Part shown: positions 19,252 through 29,551 of the stretch, in pieces
How positions within the stretch are numbered: position 1 is the first letter of the stretch
How the letters are laid out: each line of letters opens with the position of its first letter
Source of the DNA: Thermodesulfobacteriota bacterium
Lineage (GTDB): Bacteria > Desulfobacterota > Binatia > Bin18
NCBI GenBank assembly: GCA_964291405.2
Contig: OZ219926.1
Location: 3,008,001 to 3,072,000 of the forward strand
Direction: 5' to 3'
Length of the DNA: 64,000 bases
Program-made: the position numbers and the translations under genes
The notes under the pieces: generated by a model
Seen by the model: only the letters and a program-made list of their open reading frames with translations
What the model was told of the DNA's origin: nothing
Databases searched by the model: none

Positions 19252-21795
19252 ATGGAATCCATTTTTCGCACTATCATCCGTTTTCGTTTTCTGGTCATTG
19301 CGGCCATTCTGGGAGTGACGATGGCCGCGGCCATGCAGCTCCAATACCTGCGCTTCGAGAGCGACGCCGAATCCATGATCCCTCCCAATGACCCGGTCCT
19401 GCACTACAACGACGTGGTGGAAGAGCGCTTTGGGATGCTGGACCTTATTATTGTCGGCGTCCTGAACGACAACCCGCAGGAAAACGGGGTCTTCAATCCG
19501 CGTACCCTGGGCATTGTCAAAGAGTTCTCCGAGAAAATCGCGCTCCTGCCCGGCATCAAAGCCGTCCGGGATGAAGATGTGACCAGCGTGGCCACCATGG
19601 ACAATATCACCGGCACCAGCGACGGCATGGCGGTCGATCCCTTCATGGAAGAGCCGCCGCGCTCGGCCGCAGCCCTGGCCGCGCTGAAAGACGCCCTGTT
19701 TGACAACGCCATGTTTGTGGACTGGGTAGTGTCACGCGACGGCACCGGCCTGCTGATTATGGCCAGGATGGAGTCGTCCGAGGGGACGCTTGAGGGGGTC
19801 GCCCGACGGTCGGCGATCTACCGTACCATCCGTGACATGATTCGCGAAAAAGAGGCGGCCGGCATGCCCGAGCAGTTCCACATTGCCGGTCGCGGCGCCA
19901 TGGAGGTCACCTTCTCCGAAGACGCCCGGAGCGACATGGAACGCTTCATGCCGCTGGTCCTGTTCATTGTCCTCGGGACTCTCTATCTAACCTACCGTAG
20001 TCTGCGCGGCGTCCTCCTGCCGTTTGCCGTGGTGATCATCTCCGTCATCTGGAGTATGGGTCTCATGGCCTGGGTCGAGGTCCCGATGTATTTTATCTCG
20101 ACCATGATGCCAGTCACCCTGATGGCGATTGGCGTAGCCTACGGCATCCATATTCTCAGCCGCTACTACGACGAAATCCTCAGTCAAGCCGAACCGGACG
20201 CCAACGCGGCCGTCATGGCGGCCATGCGGGAAATGTGGAAACCGGTGGTGTTCACGGCCCTGACGACTGCAGCCGGCTTTCTGTCGTTTCTGACCGCGGC
20301 CATGGTGCCCATCCGTTACTTCGGCGTGTTTACCTCGGTCGGTGTTCTGGCGGCGATGGTGGTCTCGCTGACCTTTTTCCCCGCGGCGCTGAGCCTGCTG
20401 TCGCCTCGGGCCGGGCGTGGCCTGCGGAGACAAATGAAGCGGGGCGGCGACCTCGCCGCCACCGGCTGGGCCGCGCGGACCCTGTCCAGCCTGGGCCGAG
20501 GGGTTGCCCGGCGTCCGTTGCTGGTGTGGAGCATTGCGGTCGGTACTATGTTCACCTGTCTGCTCGGCCTTCAGCGCATCTATATTGACTCGTCGTGGAT
20601 TGATGTGTTCCACCAGCAGAGTCCGGTCCGCATTGGCGATGAGGTCCTGCGGGAGAGGTTTCAGGGCACGCTGCCGATCTATGTGGCCATTGAGGGCCAC
20701 GAGCCCGACCTGCTCAAAGACCCGGACCTGCTGGCCAAGCTCGACCGTCTGCAAGCCGCGGTCGAACAAGACCCTATTGTGGGTGGCTCGCTGTCTATTG
20801 CCGAGTTCATCAAACGTATGCACCGGGTCATGAATGAGGACCGCAAGGAGATGGAGGTCATTCCCGACTCGCGCGACCTGGTCGCCCAATACCTGCTGTT
20901 GTACTCGTTCTCCGGAGACCCGGACGATTTTGATGAGGTGGTCGATTATGACTATCAGCACGCCAATGTGTCGTTTTTTCTGCGCTCGGACCACAGCGCC
21001 GATATCGAGCGCGTGATCGACCGGATTCAGGACTTTGCGGTTCGAGAATTCGGGGCCGAAGAGAATGGCGGTGGCGGTCAGACTGGCGACCACGATCCGC
21101 TGACGGTGCAGTTCGGGCGCTGGCTGGCCGGTATCACGCCCACGGTCATTGGCTGGGAGACCAAGAGCGGGTTCTGGATCGGCTTTGCCGGACAGGGCTA
21201 TATGAGCAACCGCTTCAGCGAGCTGGTCGTGTCCGGGCAGTTGACCAGCCTGGTCACCTCGCTGCTGGCGGTATTCCTGCTCACCACCTGTATGTTCCGC
21301 TCCGTGGTTGCCGGGCTGATCAATATCATTCCCATCGGCGCGGTGATGGTGTTCAGCTTCGGTCTCATGGGACTGCTGGGCATCCCCCTCGAAGTGGGAA
21401 AGTCCATGACCGCCTCCATGGTGATCGGCATCGGGATCGACTACACCATCCACTTTCTCAATAAATATCAACTGAAAACCAAAGACGCCCTGGTCGACCC
21501 GGAGGCCATTACCGTGGCCACCATGGCCACCTCGGGCAAAGCCATTTTCTTTAATGCGGCCGTGGTGATTGGGGGCTTCCTGGTCTTTCTGACCTCCAAC
21601 TTCAAGCCCAATTTTTATCTCGGAGCGATGATGGCGCTGAACATGGCTGCCTGCCTGCTGGCCTCCATGACGCTTCTGCCGGCCATCCTCAACACCTTCA
21701 AGCCGCGTTTTGTGTATGGAACAGCGCTGGCGTCCGCTTCGCCACCGAGAACGGACTACGCGGTTTCACCCCTACAAGAGAAGGAGACAGTATGA
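19252..21795 (+). CDS. MMPL/RND family transporter
   Basis: Two repeats with AIGVAYGIH and GIGIDYTIH, two large periplasmic loops. Confidence 0.9.
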   Translation: MESIFRTIIRFRFLVIAAILGVTMAAAMQLQYLRFESDAESMIPPNDPVLHYNDVVEERFGMLDLIIVGVLNDNPQENGVFNPRTLGIVKEFSEKIALLPGIKAVRDEDVTSVATMDNITGTSDGMAVDPFMEEPPRSAAALAALKDALFDNAMFVDWVVSRDGTGLLIMARMESSEGTLEGVARRSAIYRTIRDMIREKEAAGMPEQFHIAGRGAMEVTFSEDARSDMERFMPLVLFIVLGTLYLTYRSLRGVLLPFAVVIISVIWSMGLMAWVEVPMYFISTMMPVTLMAIGVAYGIHILSRYYDEILSQAEPDANAAVMAAMREMWKPVVFTALTTAAGFLSFLTAAMVPIRYFGVFTSVGVLAAMVVSLTFFPAALSLLSPRAGRGLRRQMKRGGDLAATGWAARTLSSLGRGVARRPLLVWSIAVGTMFTCLLGLQRIYIDSSWIDVFHQQSPVRIGDEVLRERFQGTLPIYVAIEGHEPDLLKDPDLLAKLDRLQAAVEQDPIVGGSLSIAEFIKRMHRVMNEDRKEMEVIPDSRDLVAQYLLLYSFSGDPDDFDEVVDYDYQHANVSFFLRSDHSADIERVIDRIQDFAVREFGAEENGGGGQTGDHDPLTVQFGRWLAGITPTVIGWETKSGFWIGFAGQGYMSNRFSELVVSGQLTSLVTSLLAVFLLTTCMFRSVVAGLINIIPIGAVMVFSFGLMGLLGIPLEVGKSMTASMVIGIGIDYTIHFLNKYQLKTKDALVDPEAITVATMATSGKAIFFNAAVVIGGFLVFLTSNFKPNFYLGAMMALNMAACLLASMTLLPAILNTFKPRFVYGTALASASPPRTDYAVSPLQEKETV

Positions 21796-22598
21796 AGACC
21801 ATCGGGTTATGGATCGGATTTGGATTGTTTGTGCTGAGTGCGGCGCCGTTTGCGGACGCACAGGAAGTCCCTGGCGAGCCCAGCGGGCGGGAGATTGCCG
21901 TCATGGTTGACGAGCGTGAGGACGGCGACGATCAGATCTCCGAGGCCCTCTGGACGCTGACCAATAGCAGGGGCAAGACGCGCAAGCGCCATACCCTGCG
22001 CTACTGGAAAGACTATGAGGGCGAGGAGGGGCTGTCGAGCAAGTCTTTCATCTATTTTGAATCCCCGCCGGATGTCAAAGACACCACTTTTCTCAACTGG
22101 TCGCAGGAAGACGCCGAGGCCGACGACGACCAGTGGATCTATCTGCCGGCCCTGCGCAAGGTGCGCCGGATTGCCTCCGGCGATAAGGAAAACTCCTTTA
22201 TGGGCAGCGATATGATCTACGACGACATGGCAGACCGGGAGGTCGAGGAGGATACGCATAAACTGCTGCGTGTCGAGCAGAACAACGGCACCAAGCTCTA
22301 CGTCCTGGAGTCCACACCGGTAAAGGAGAATTACATCTACAGTAAAAAACTCCGCTGGATAAACGCCGAGACCCTGACCGAGCCCAGAATTGAGTTCTAC
22401 GACCGCAAAGACCGCCTGCTCAAAATCCTGACAACAGAGTGGGAGGAGATCGACGGGATTTGGAACTGGAAGCGGATCGTGGTGGAAAATCAACTGACCG
22501 GACATAAGACCGAGGTTGATTTTAGCAACGTGCGGTTCAATCAGGGTCTCAAAGAGTCGATTTTTACCGAACGGTCGCTGCGCAAGGGCGCGCCCTAG
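21792..22598 (+). CDS. Outer-membrane lipoprotein-sorting (LolA-like) protein
   Basis: Signal peptide; DDQWIYLPALRKVRRI, SFMGSD. Confidence 0.88.
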   Translation: MKTIGLWIGFGLFVLSAAPFADAQEVPGEPSGREIAVMVDEREDGDDQISEALWTLTNSRGKTRKRHTLRYWKDYEGEEGLSSKSFIYFESPPDVKDTTFLNWSQEDAEADDDQWIYLPALRKVRRIASGDKENSFMGSDMIYDDMADREVEEDTHKLLRVEQNNGTKLYVLESTPVKENYIYSKKLRWINAETLTEPRIEFYDRKDRLLKILTTEWEEIDGIWNWKRIVVENQLTGHKTEVDFSNVRFNQGLKESIFTERSLRKGAP

Positions 22599-22610
22599 AT
22601 TATTCTCTGT

Positions 22611-24590
22611 ATGAGCAGCACGCCCACGAGGCAGAAGGCCTGGGTTTTTAGCCTTATCGCGATCCTGTGGATTGGGGTAGGAACATCTTCCGCCCAAGCC
22701 GTCTCTCCCTCGGTCCTGCGTCTCCACAAGGTCCATCTGACTGCCGACGGGAGTCAGCGGCAGGTGGTGCTGCAATTCTCTCAAGCACCGAGTGCCATCC
22801 ACGCCTTCCCGCTTTCGACTCCAACCCGCCTCGTGATTGATGTCATCGGGCCGGTCCTGCCGCATCCCTCAGCGACCTATCCGGCCAAAGATACGCTCCT
22901 GCGCCGTGTCCGGGTGGGCACTCACCCGCAGCATCTGCGTTTTGTGCTCGACCTCAAAGGCGAAAAACTGCCGGCCTTTAGCGTAGAGCAGCAGGGCAGT
23001 CGGGTGAGGGCGGTGCTCCAAACGCCGGACCGACCCGTCCCGGAGCTGAGGGCGCAAATTCTGTTTGAAAGTCCTGAGGTCAATCGCTTCGTCCAATCGA
23101 TCCCACCGCCGTCCGATCCCTCTACGCAGCAGGCCAAAGCTGTCCCGCCACCGCCGGCTCCGAAAACGGAGGTCGCGTCAGCAACCGAAAGGGGGACAGT
23201 GGCCGCGCAACAGCGACCTGCGAGTGCGACGCCAACTGCCCGGCGTCCCGCTCGTGAGCCGCAACCTGGCTTGTTTGAGACCCTGCGGGACCGCTTGGAC
23301 GTGACCGGTTATGTCAAAAACGAAACCGCACTTCGGCTCCACTCTCCGCATCAACTCTCAAAGTCTCAGAATTGGCTCCAGGCCGAGATTGAGTTTGAGC
23401 TGACCGATTGGGCCGAACTCACCATCCTCGGACGGTCGATGTTTGATCCGGTCAATCATCTGGAAACCAATATAGAGGATTTCCGGGCCTCGCCGGTTGA
23501 TCGGTTGGCGGGCGGCGATTCGTTTCAGGCCGAGCTGCGCGAGCTGTACCTCGACGTACTCTACGACGATTTTGATATCCGTCTGGGCCGCCAACAGATC
23601 GTATGGGGCGAGTCCATTGGCCTACGCATCCTGGATGTGATCAACCCGCAGGACTTTCGCGAGTTCATTCTGAACGACTTTATTGATGCCCGCATCCCGC
23701 TATGGGGGCTGCGAGTGGACTACACGCTGAGTGACTGGACGTTTGAGGGCCTGTGGCTGCCCGACTTCGAGGCCAACCGTCCGGCCGACCAGGGCAGCGA
23801 ATTTCAGTTTCGGAACCTGCCCCTGCCGGCACTACCCTTTCAGCCTCCCCCGCCGTTCCCCTCGGTCCAGGTGGACTCGATACGTCAACCTGAGGATTGG
23901 CGGCTGAGCGATTCCGAGGTTGGATTTCGGGTGACCCGCTTTCTGCGCAATATGGATCTGTCGCTGAACTATCTATATTCCTGGAACGACTTTCCTGTCC
24001 CCTTCCGGCGGGTGCTGGGTCCCAACACGTTTCGTTTCGAGCCCCGGCACGAGCGCTTCCACCTGATTGGCGGCAGTTTCAACTACGCCTTTGACGTGTT
24101 TGTGATCCGCGGCGAGGGGGGCCTGCGGCTCGGAGAACACTTTGTGTCTGGTGATCCACGCGATCGCGACGGTATCCGGCAGCGAGAGTTCCTGTCCTAT
24201 GTTTTAGGATTGGACTGGACGGTGCACGATAATCTCATGGCGAACGTGCAGTTCTTTCAGAATGTGATCTTCAATGCGCCCGGCGCTCTTGTTGGCGAGT
24301 CCGTTGAGAATGCGGTGTCGCTCTTCCTGCTGTCCGATTTTCTGCACGAAACCCTCCACCCTCAACTGCTGGTGCTATACGGCATCAATTTTGGCGACCT
24401 GCTGATCCGCTCCCAGGTCCGATACGATTTCTCGGACTACCTGTCCGCCACCATCGGGGCCGATTTCTTTCTCGGCTCACGCTCCGGTCTGTTCGGCCAA
24501 TTTGCCGCTCCCGTACGCGACCATGACCGGTATTGGACGGGACGGAACAGTCGCCTCTTTCTTGAGGTCAAGCACTCGTTCGCGCTGTGA
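22611..24590 (+). CDS. AMIN-like domain plus DUF1302-like outer-membrane beta-barrel
   Basis: Signal peptide; PTRLVIDV..RVRVG..RFVLDL (AMIN); Pro/Ala linker; LRELYLD..RLGRQQIVWGE..LDVINPQD barrel. Confidence 0.75.
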   Translation: MSSTPTRQKAWVFSLIAILWIGVGTSSAQAVSPSVLRLHKVHLTADGSQRQVVLQFSQAPSAIHAFPLSTPTRLVIDVIGPVLPHPSATYPAKDTLLRRVRVGTHPQHLRFVLDLKGEKLPAFSVEQQGSRVRAVLQTPDRPVPELRAQILFESPEVNRFVQSIPPPSDPSTQQAKAVPPPPAPKTEVASATERGTVAAQQRPASATPTARRPAREPQPGLFETLRDRLDVTGYVKNETALRLHSPHQLSKSQNWLQAEIEFELTDWAELTILGRSMFDPVNHLETNIEDFRASPVDRLAGGDSFQAELRELYLDVLYDDFDIRLGRQQIVWGESIGLRILDVINPQDFREFILNDFIDARIPLWGLRVDYTLSDWTFEGLWLPDFEANRPADQGSEFQFRNLPLPALPFQPPPPFPSVQVDSIRQPEDWRLSDSEVGFRVTRFLRNMDLSLNYLYSWNDFPVPFRRVLGPNTFRFEPRHERFHLIGGSFNYAFDVFVIRGEGGLRLGEHFVSGDPRDRDGIRQREFLSYVLGLDWTVHDNLMANVQFFQNVIFNAPGALVGESVENAVSLFLLSDFLHETLHPQLLVLYGINFGDLLIRSQVRYDFSDYLSATIGADFFLGSRSGLFGQFAAPVRDHDRYWTGRNSRLFLEVKHSFAL

Positions 24591-24843
24591 GTAGCCCTCC
24601 GAGTGCGGATACGACAATCAGAGAGGGGGTCATTTCAGCGCTTTTACCGCGACTTCACAAAATTCAGAATTATTCTCTAACCACAGCGGTTGGGATTTGT
24701 GATTGGGTAGGTAAGGAATTTTTCCTGCGCTTTAACGCGGCTCTCTCATCACGATCAGTAGACGCTTGGCTAACGGAAGAGTAGCTTCGGTATCGTATCC
24801 AGAACCCCTTTGCCGGCTATGGGTATCGCATGGAGATTTACGG

Positions 24844-25968
24844 ATGAAAGAAAATCTTAGACAAACAGCACGACACCACGTACTCCCGAAAGACCCTGGC
24901 GCGGACACGAATTGGTTCTACCGCATGAAGACCTTTCAGCGAGAAGAGACGTTACGCCAAGCGTACTATAAGCGCGAAAAATGGTCCGCCCTACCGGATG
25001 GCGTATCGTCCAAAAGGCCAACATATCACTATCCGCATATTCTTCCTGAAGGACATCTGGACAAGAATTTTTACCCGCCAATCTATGAGCCTCTCCGCAA
25101 GTATCTCAAAGAGGAAGACATTGCGTTACATACCGAATCGCTCAATCTCAAGAGTTCCCAGGTCTGTTGCTTCAACTTTCTTTTCCCCTTTCGGCTGGGA
25201 CTAGGAATCTCTCCGAGGTTACTCTCTGGTGCACTTCCGGGGGTGAGAAAGGTATCGAATATTGAATTTGAGTATGCCGGCCCGGATAGAGCCACCGAGT
25301 GGTTGGGAGAGCCACCGGGTGGAAAGCGGGGTCAGAATCGGACCAGTGTGGATGCAGCAATATGGTGGCAAGACGAAAAGGGTGCCAGTGGGCTGACCTT
25401 GATCGAGTGGAAATATACCGAAGCCGAGTTTGGGCCTTGTGGTGGATACAACTCTCCAAGTAACAAACAGAAGGAGAAATGTCGTAATCTCTCCGCTGAG
25501 AGCATCTGTCACCAACCTCAGTCGAACTGCTATTTGGCAACGCGCAGAACTGATCGGACCAGCCGCCGCTATTGGGAGAATTTGGCGCAGGCGGGAATCT
25601 CTCTTACGTGCCTCGATAACAACTTGGGCTGCCCCTTTCGGGGACCCTTCTATCAACTTTTTCGCCTATATCTCTTGAGGGCATACTGCCAGCGAACCTT
25701 AACTGATGTAGACCGAGTAGACGTCGCTGTCATTGGCTTCCAAAAAAATATTCACCTTCGCCGTATGCCGTCTAAGCCGCCTCACCTCCGTCAACTCGAT
25801 GATAATGTAATTGAAGCGTGGAACAGGTTGCTCACCAGCGACGCACCACCCCTCCGCTGGACGACGGTTGAGGAGATGATGACCGGCCCTGGGAACGCTG
25901 GTCCCGACGAGCGGGAGTGGCGAAAATACATAAGGGAGCGCTACGGAGTCCAAAGGGGGGATGAATAA
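24844..25968 (+). CDS. Putative PD-(D/E)XK restriction-endonuclease-like protein (PGN_0703-like)
   Basis: LKSSQVCCFNFLFP, TSVDA..IEWKYTE, YQLFR; lower GC than neighbours. Confidence 0.7.
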   Translation: MKENLRQTARHHVLPKDPGADTNWFYRMKTFQREETLRQAYYKREKWSALPDGVSSKRPTYHYPHILPEGHLDKNFYPPIYEPLRKYLKEEDIALHTESLNLKSSQVCCFNFLFPFRLGLGISPRLLSGALPGVRKVSNIEFEYAGPDRATEWLGEPPGGKRGQNRTSVDAAIWWQDEKGASGLTLIEWKYTEAEFGPCGGYNSPSNKQKEKCRNLSAESICHQPQSNCYLATRRTDRTSRRYWENLAQAGISLTCLDNNLGCPFRGPFYQLFRLYLLRAYCQRTLTDVDRVDVAVIGFQKNIHLRRMPSKPPHLRQLDDNVIEAWNRLLTSDAPPLRWTTVEEMMTGPGNAGPDEREWRKYIRERYGVQRGDE

Positions 25969-25992
25969 CGCGCTCTACCTCAAGAAGGGCCG

Positions 25993-26754
25993 TCACTGCG
26001 CCATATAGCCGCCGTCAACCGGCATGGGATGCCCGGTGACAAAAGACGCCGCATCCGAGCACAGCCAGACGACCGCCTCCGCAATTTCCTGGGGCTGCCC
26101 CAAACGGCCCACCGGCTGGGCGGCGGTCATTTTCTCCACCACCCGGGGACGCCGCTGGCCGACGCTCTGAAGCATGGGCGTATCAATCGGACCGGGGCAG
26201 ACCGCGTTGACGCGAATACCCGCCTTGGCATACTCCAGGGCGGCCGTTTTGGTCAGGCCCACTACGCCGTGTTTGCTGGCCACATAGGCGCCGGCGCGTG
26301 GCACGCCGATCAGTCCGGCATCGGACGCCGTATTGACGATAACCCCTTTGCCCTGGGTGAGCATGCGCGGAATCTCCGCTTTCATGCACAGCCAGACCCC
26401 CGTCAGATTAATGGCAATGATGCGATGCCAGTTCTCTTGGGTGCAGTCAATCGTACTCTGGGCCTTGCCGGCTATGCCGGCGTTGTTATGCGCGCAGTCC
26501 AGGCGGCCATAGGTCTCGACCGTCGTATTGATCAAGGCTTCGACGTCAGCCGCCCGTGAGACGTCGGCTTGCACAAACACCGCCTGGCCGCCCGCGTTCT
26601 GAATCAGGCGCACCGTTTCCTGCCCGCCTTCGACGACGATGTCGGAAACGATAACCTTGGCGCCTTCACGCGCAAGGGCCAGGGCCGACTGTCTGCCTAT
26701 GCCCGACCCGCTGCCCGTGACCAGCGCGACTTTTCCCTCAACCAGTCCTGCCAT
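25993..26754 (-). CDS. Short-chain dehydrogenase/reductase
   Basis: TGSGSGIG, NNAG, YVASK. Confidence 0.93.
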   Translation of the reverse strand: MAGLVEGKVALVTGSGSGIGRQSALALAREGAKVIVSDIVVEGGQETVRLIQNAGGQAVFVQADVSRAADVEALINTTVETYGRLDCAHNNAGIAGKAQSTIDCTQENWHRIIAINLTGVWLCMKAEIPRMLTQGKGVIVNTASDAGLIGVPRAGAYVASKHGVVGLTKTAALEYAKAGIRVNAVCPGPIDTPMLQSVGQRRPRVVEKMTAAQPVGRLGQPQEIAEAVVWLCSDAASFVTGHPMPVDGGYMAQ

Positions 26755-26848
26755 GTGACACTCCTTTTGAGGGAGACCCTATCAACAAAACGGAGAACCG
26801 GTAAGGTGCATATGGTGTCTCCTCGGAAGATGCTACGCTGAGGTTGAA

Positions 26849-28036
26849 TTAGGGGAGTAGGGAGCTGGTTTTTGCCTTCGGGAAGCTCTTGACTCGCTCG
26901 AAAAAGTCGGTCTCCGTGATCTCCGTCGGCCACTCAAGGCGTAGGTCTATCCAGCGCGTTTCTTTGTCATCCTGTCGCACCGAGATTGCCTTGAGATGTA
27001 TGAGCTGAGCGAGGTCACGGGTCAGTGCTTTGATCGGGTTCTGCAGCGGGCTGTAGCGATGACGAATGATCTGTACAAGCTGTTGAACTGTGACCGAATC
27101 TTCCCGCAACAGCAGCTTCAGGATTTCGATCTGTCGTTCGGCAATAACCCGTTTTTTCTTACTCTCCAAGCGGGTGAAGAGATCATACATCACGTCTCGA
27201 AAGAGGGCTTTTGAAACATTTCTACGAATTTCCCCTGAAAGCCTTTGACACTGAATCGCTATGCCTTTTAGCCCGAAAACGAGGAATGGGGTGAGGTCGT
27301 GATTCTTCTGTCGTACTTCTGCCAGTGCCGCAAGATAAGCAGTTTTTTCATCATAGTAGTAATTCGACATAGCAATAAACAAGGCATCTCGTAACCCGGC
27401 CCGTTGCAGCATCAGGGCTTCCACGGCACGGGCCGTTCGCCCATTGCCGTCCAGAAACGGGTGCATGGCTGCAAAATGGTAGTGGAGTGCCAAAGCCTGA
27501 ATCAGAAGGTCGTGCTCTTGATACGGTCCCTGAACTGCCTTCATAAGCTGAGCAAACGCGTGCTCACATTCAGCACCGCCTTCGACCCCCCTATGCCTGG
27601 GAATTCCAAATATTACATTTTGATCTTTCCGGCGAAGTTCTCCTGGTTGACAATGATCGTCATCCGCCCCCGTTACAATCATCCTGTGTACTTGTTTGAT
27701 CAGGTCAGCGTTAATCGGCTGGCCATCCGGCAGTTGAGCAATCCATTGATACGTTTTTACTGCCGCGTGGGCTTGGCGTTGCGAGCGAGTGAACCGTTCG
27801 TCCGGCGTTTCCTGTAGGGCGCGTTCAAGCTCGCGCTCTGTGAAATCAGCACCTTCTATCCGAGAGGTTCCCGCGACTTCCCGCTTTAGTTGAATGGCCT
27901 GGAGTTCCTCAACCCAGCTTCGTTGATACGGGACACCTGTGAGGGATAAAACGCTGGCCCTTGCTTCAACAAGAGCAGTGAATACGGCAGGAATGTCATA
28001 GTGAACCCAAGATAGTGGAGATTCATATTTTATCAT
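26849..28036 (-). CDS. Fic-domain protein (class II, N-terminal inhibitory helix)
   Basis: HPFLDGNGRTAR catalytic motif; TSRIEG inhibitory motif. Confidence 0.9.
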   Translation of the reverse strand: MIKYESPLSWVHYDIPAVFTALVEARASVLSLTGVPYQRSWVEELQAIQLKREVAGTSRIEGADFTERELERALQETPDERFTRSQRQAHAAVKTYQWIAQLPDGQPINADLIKQVHRMIVTGADDDHCQPGELRRKDQNVIFGIPRHRGVEGGAECEHAFAQLMKAVQGPYQEHDLLIQALALHYHFAAMHPFLDGNGRTARAVEALMLQRAGLRDALFIAMSNYYYDEKTAYLAALAEVRQKNHDLTPFLVFGLKGIAIQCQRLSGEIRRNVSKALFRDVMYDLFTRLESKKKRVIAERQIEILKLLLREDSVTVQQLVQIIRHRYSPLQNPIKALTRDLAQLIHLKAISVRQDDKETRWIDLRLEWPTEITETDFFERVKSFPKAKTSSLLP

Positions 28037-28165
28037 TATATTTTCTTATTATTACTCTTTTAGTATTTTTTAAGTATCTAGAAATATTTACTTTTATACT
28101 TTTTAAAATATTGATATATTCATGTAATTTCAAGTATATTTCTTACATTTTTCTGCTGTTTTGAC
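28037..28165. promoter_or_regulatory. Very AT-rich upstream region of the Fic gene
   Basis: Almost all A/T in an otherwise GC-rich window. Confidence 0.5.
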
Positions 28166-28241
28166 TCGTAGACAGAATACACACACTCAAGGGGCGTAAT
28201 ATCGGCCTCGTCCTTGCCGAGTCAGGGATGCCTGATCGGGG

Positions 28242-28268
28242 GTAGGGACAGTCTACGAACCGTCCTTC
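28242..28268. repeat. Degenerate GTAG-type REP
   Basis: GTAGGGACAGTCTACGAACCGTCCTTC imperfect palindrome starting with GTAG. Confidence 0.4.
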
Positions 28269-28314
28269 GAGAATCGAAATGACACCATCAGCGGATTACA
28301 CCGTAGTGGCCCCT

Positions 28315-29538
28315 CTACGAATTTTTCTCAAACAAGACATCGGCGTCACGCAACTGCTGTACCTCTTCAGGCGACCGTCGCAGATACTCCGTCAGGATTT
28401 CCTCGTTATGTTGTCCCAGCGTGGGCGCGTGGAGGGGGAGTTCGTCCGGGAACTCGGAAAACTTGAGCGGAAAACCGGGGACGTCGAGGTCGCCATGGAT
28501 CGGGTCGTTGATTGTTGTCACAGTCCCACGTTCTCGCAGATGAGGATAGTCGAGGGTCTCGGCGACGGAGAGCACCGGAGCAACTGGAACGTGAAAACTC
28601 TCTAAGTGAGCAACCGCACTCTCGACATCCGGAAACGTCTGCAGCCAGTTTTCGACCAGTTTGATAACTTCGTCTCGGCGTTTGAGCCGGGCTTGATCCG
28701 TACTGTACTGGGGATCGTCAATCAGCTCAGGCCGTTCGATTGCTTTGCAGAAATCCGGCCAGTGATGGAAAATGGCCATGATGACCAAGTAGCCACCGTT
28801 ACCGCGAAAGACACCTGAGGGGCAGGCATATGTCATATGGCGGCCAACACGGGTTGGTTGAATGGCACCTTCTGTGGCTCGCGGGGTATGTACGTTGACC
28901 TCGTGGTAGTGGTAGTACACATCCAACAGCGCAACATCGAGATGTTGGCCCCGGCCGGTATTGTCCCGGTGGCGTAAGGCCGCCAGGACGGCGAGTGCGC
29001 CATGTACCCCTGTGCTGACATCCCCCATCCCGACCAGCGGGATGTAAGGCGCATCGTGCTCCTCTCCGATCATTGAGGTCACCCCGGAATACGCCTGAGC
29101 GATATAATCGTAGCCAGGCTTATGGGCTAAGGGGCCGGTCTGGCCAAGGGCAGAGATAGAGCACAGAATGATATCAGGCTTGAGCTCTTTGAGCCGCTCA
29201 TAACTGAGACCCATGTCTGCCATGACGCCGGGCTTGAAATTCTCAACCACGATATCAACGTGCTGAATCAGCTCAGTCACAAGCGCCATGCCGCGCGGGT
29301 CGCGCAGATTGACACACAGACTTTTCTTGCCCCGATTGTGCTGAACGTGGAACAAGCTACGCTTGTCGCCAAACGTTGAGAAATTCCGCCCAAGATCACC
29401 CTTGGGCGCAGACTCGACCTTAATGACATCCGCTCCCATCTCGGCCAGCATGCGGCTGCATGTCGGGCCGGCGAGAGCGCGGGTGAAATCGAGCACCCGC
29501 AGCCCGCTGAGAACATGCTGCGTACCTTGGGTCGTCAT
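28315..29538 (-). CDS. Family III (CaiB/BaiF) CoA-transferase, paralog A
   Basis: RVLDFTRALAGP, GADVIKVE, ENFKPG, catalytic GD in GMGDVSTG. Confidence 0.92.
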   Translation of the reverse strand: MTTQGTQHVLSGLRVLDFTRALAGPTCSRMLAEMGADVIKVESAPKGDLGRNFSTFGDKRSLFHVQHNRGKKSLCVNLRDPRGMALVTELIQHVDIVVENFKPGVMADMGLSYERLKELKPDIILCSISALGQTGPLAHKPGYDYIAQAYSGVTSMIGEEHDAPYIPLVGMGDVSTGVHGALAVLAALRHRDNTGRGQHLDVALLDVYYHYHEVNVHTPRATEGAIQPTRVGRHMTYACPSGVFRGNGGYLVIMAIFHHWPDFCKAIERPELIDDPQYSTDQARLKRRDEVIKLVENWLQTFPDVESAVAHLESFHVPVAPVLSVAETLDYPHLRERGTVTTINDPIHGDLDVPGFPLKFSEFPDELPLHAPTLGQHNEEILTEYLRRSPEEVQQLRDADVLFEKNS

Positions 29539-29551
29539 AGCCGCCTCCTTA

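Noticed and set aside
19987-22865. Long minus-strand ORFs (494 and 352 aa)
   Set aside because: Antisense to the MMPL and LolA-like genes, which have clear family motifs.
24587-24784. 65-aa ORF upstream of the nuclease as a partner gene
   Set aside because: No RBS or recognisable motif; cannot be supported without a search.
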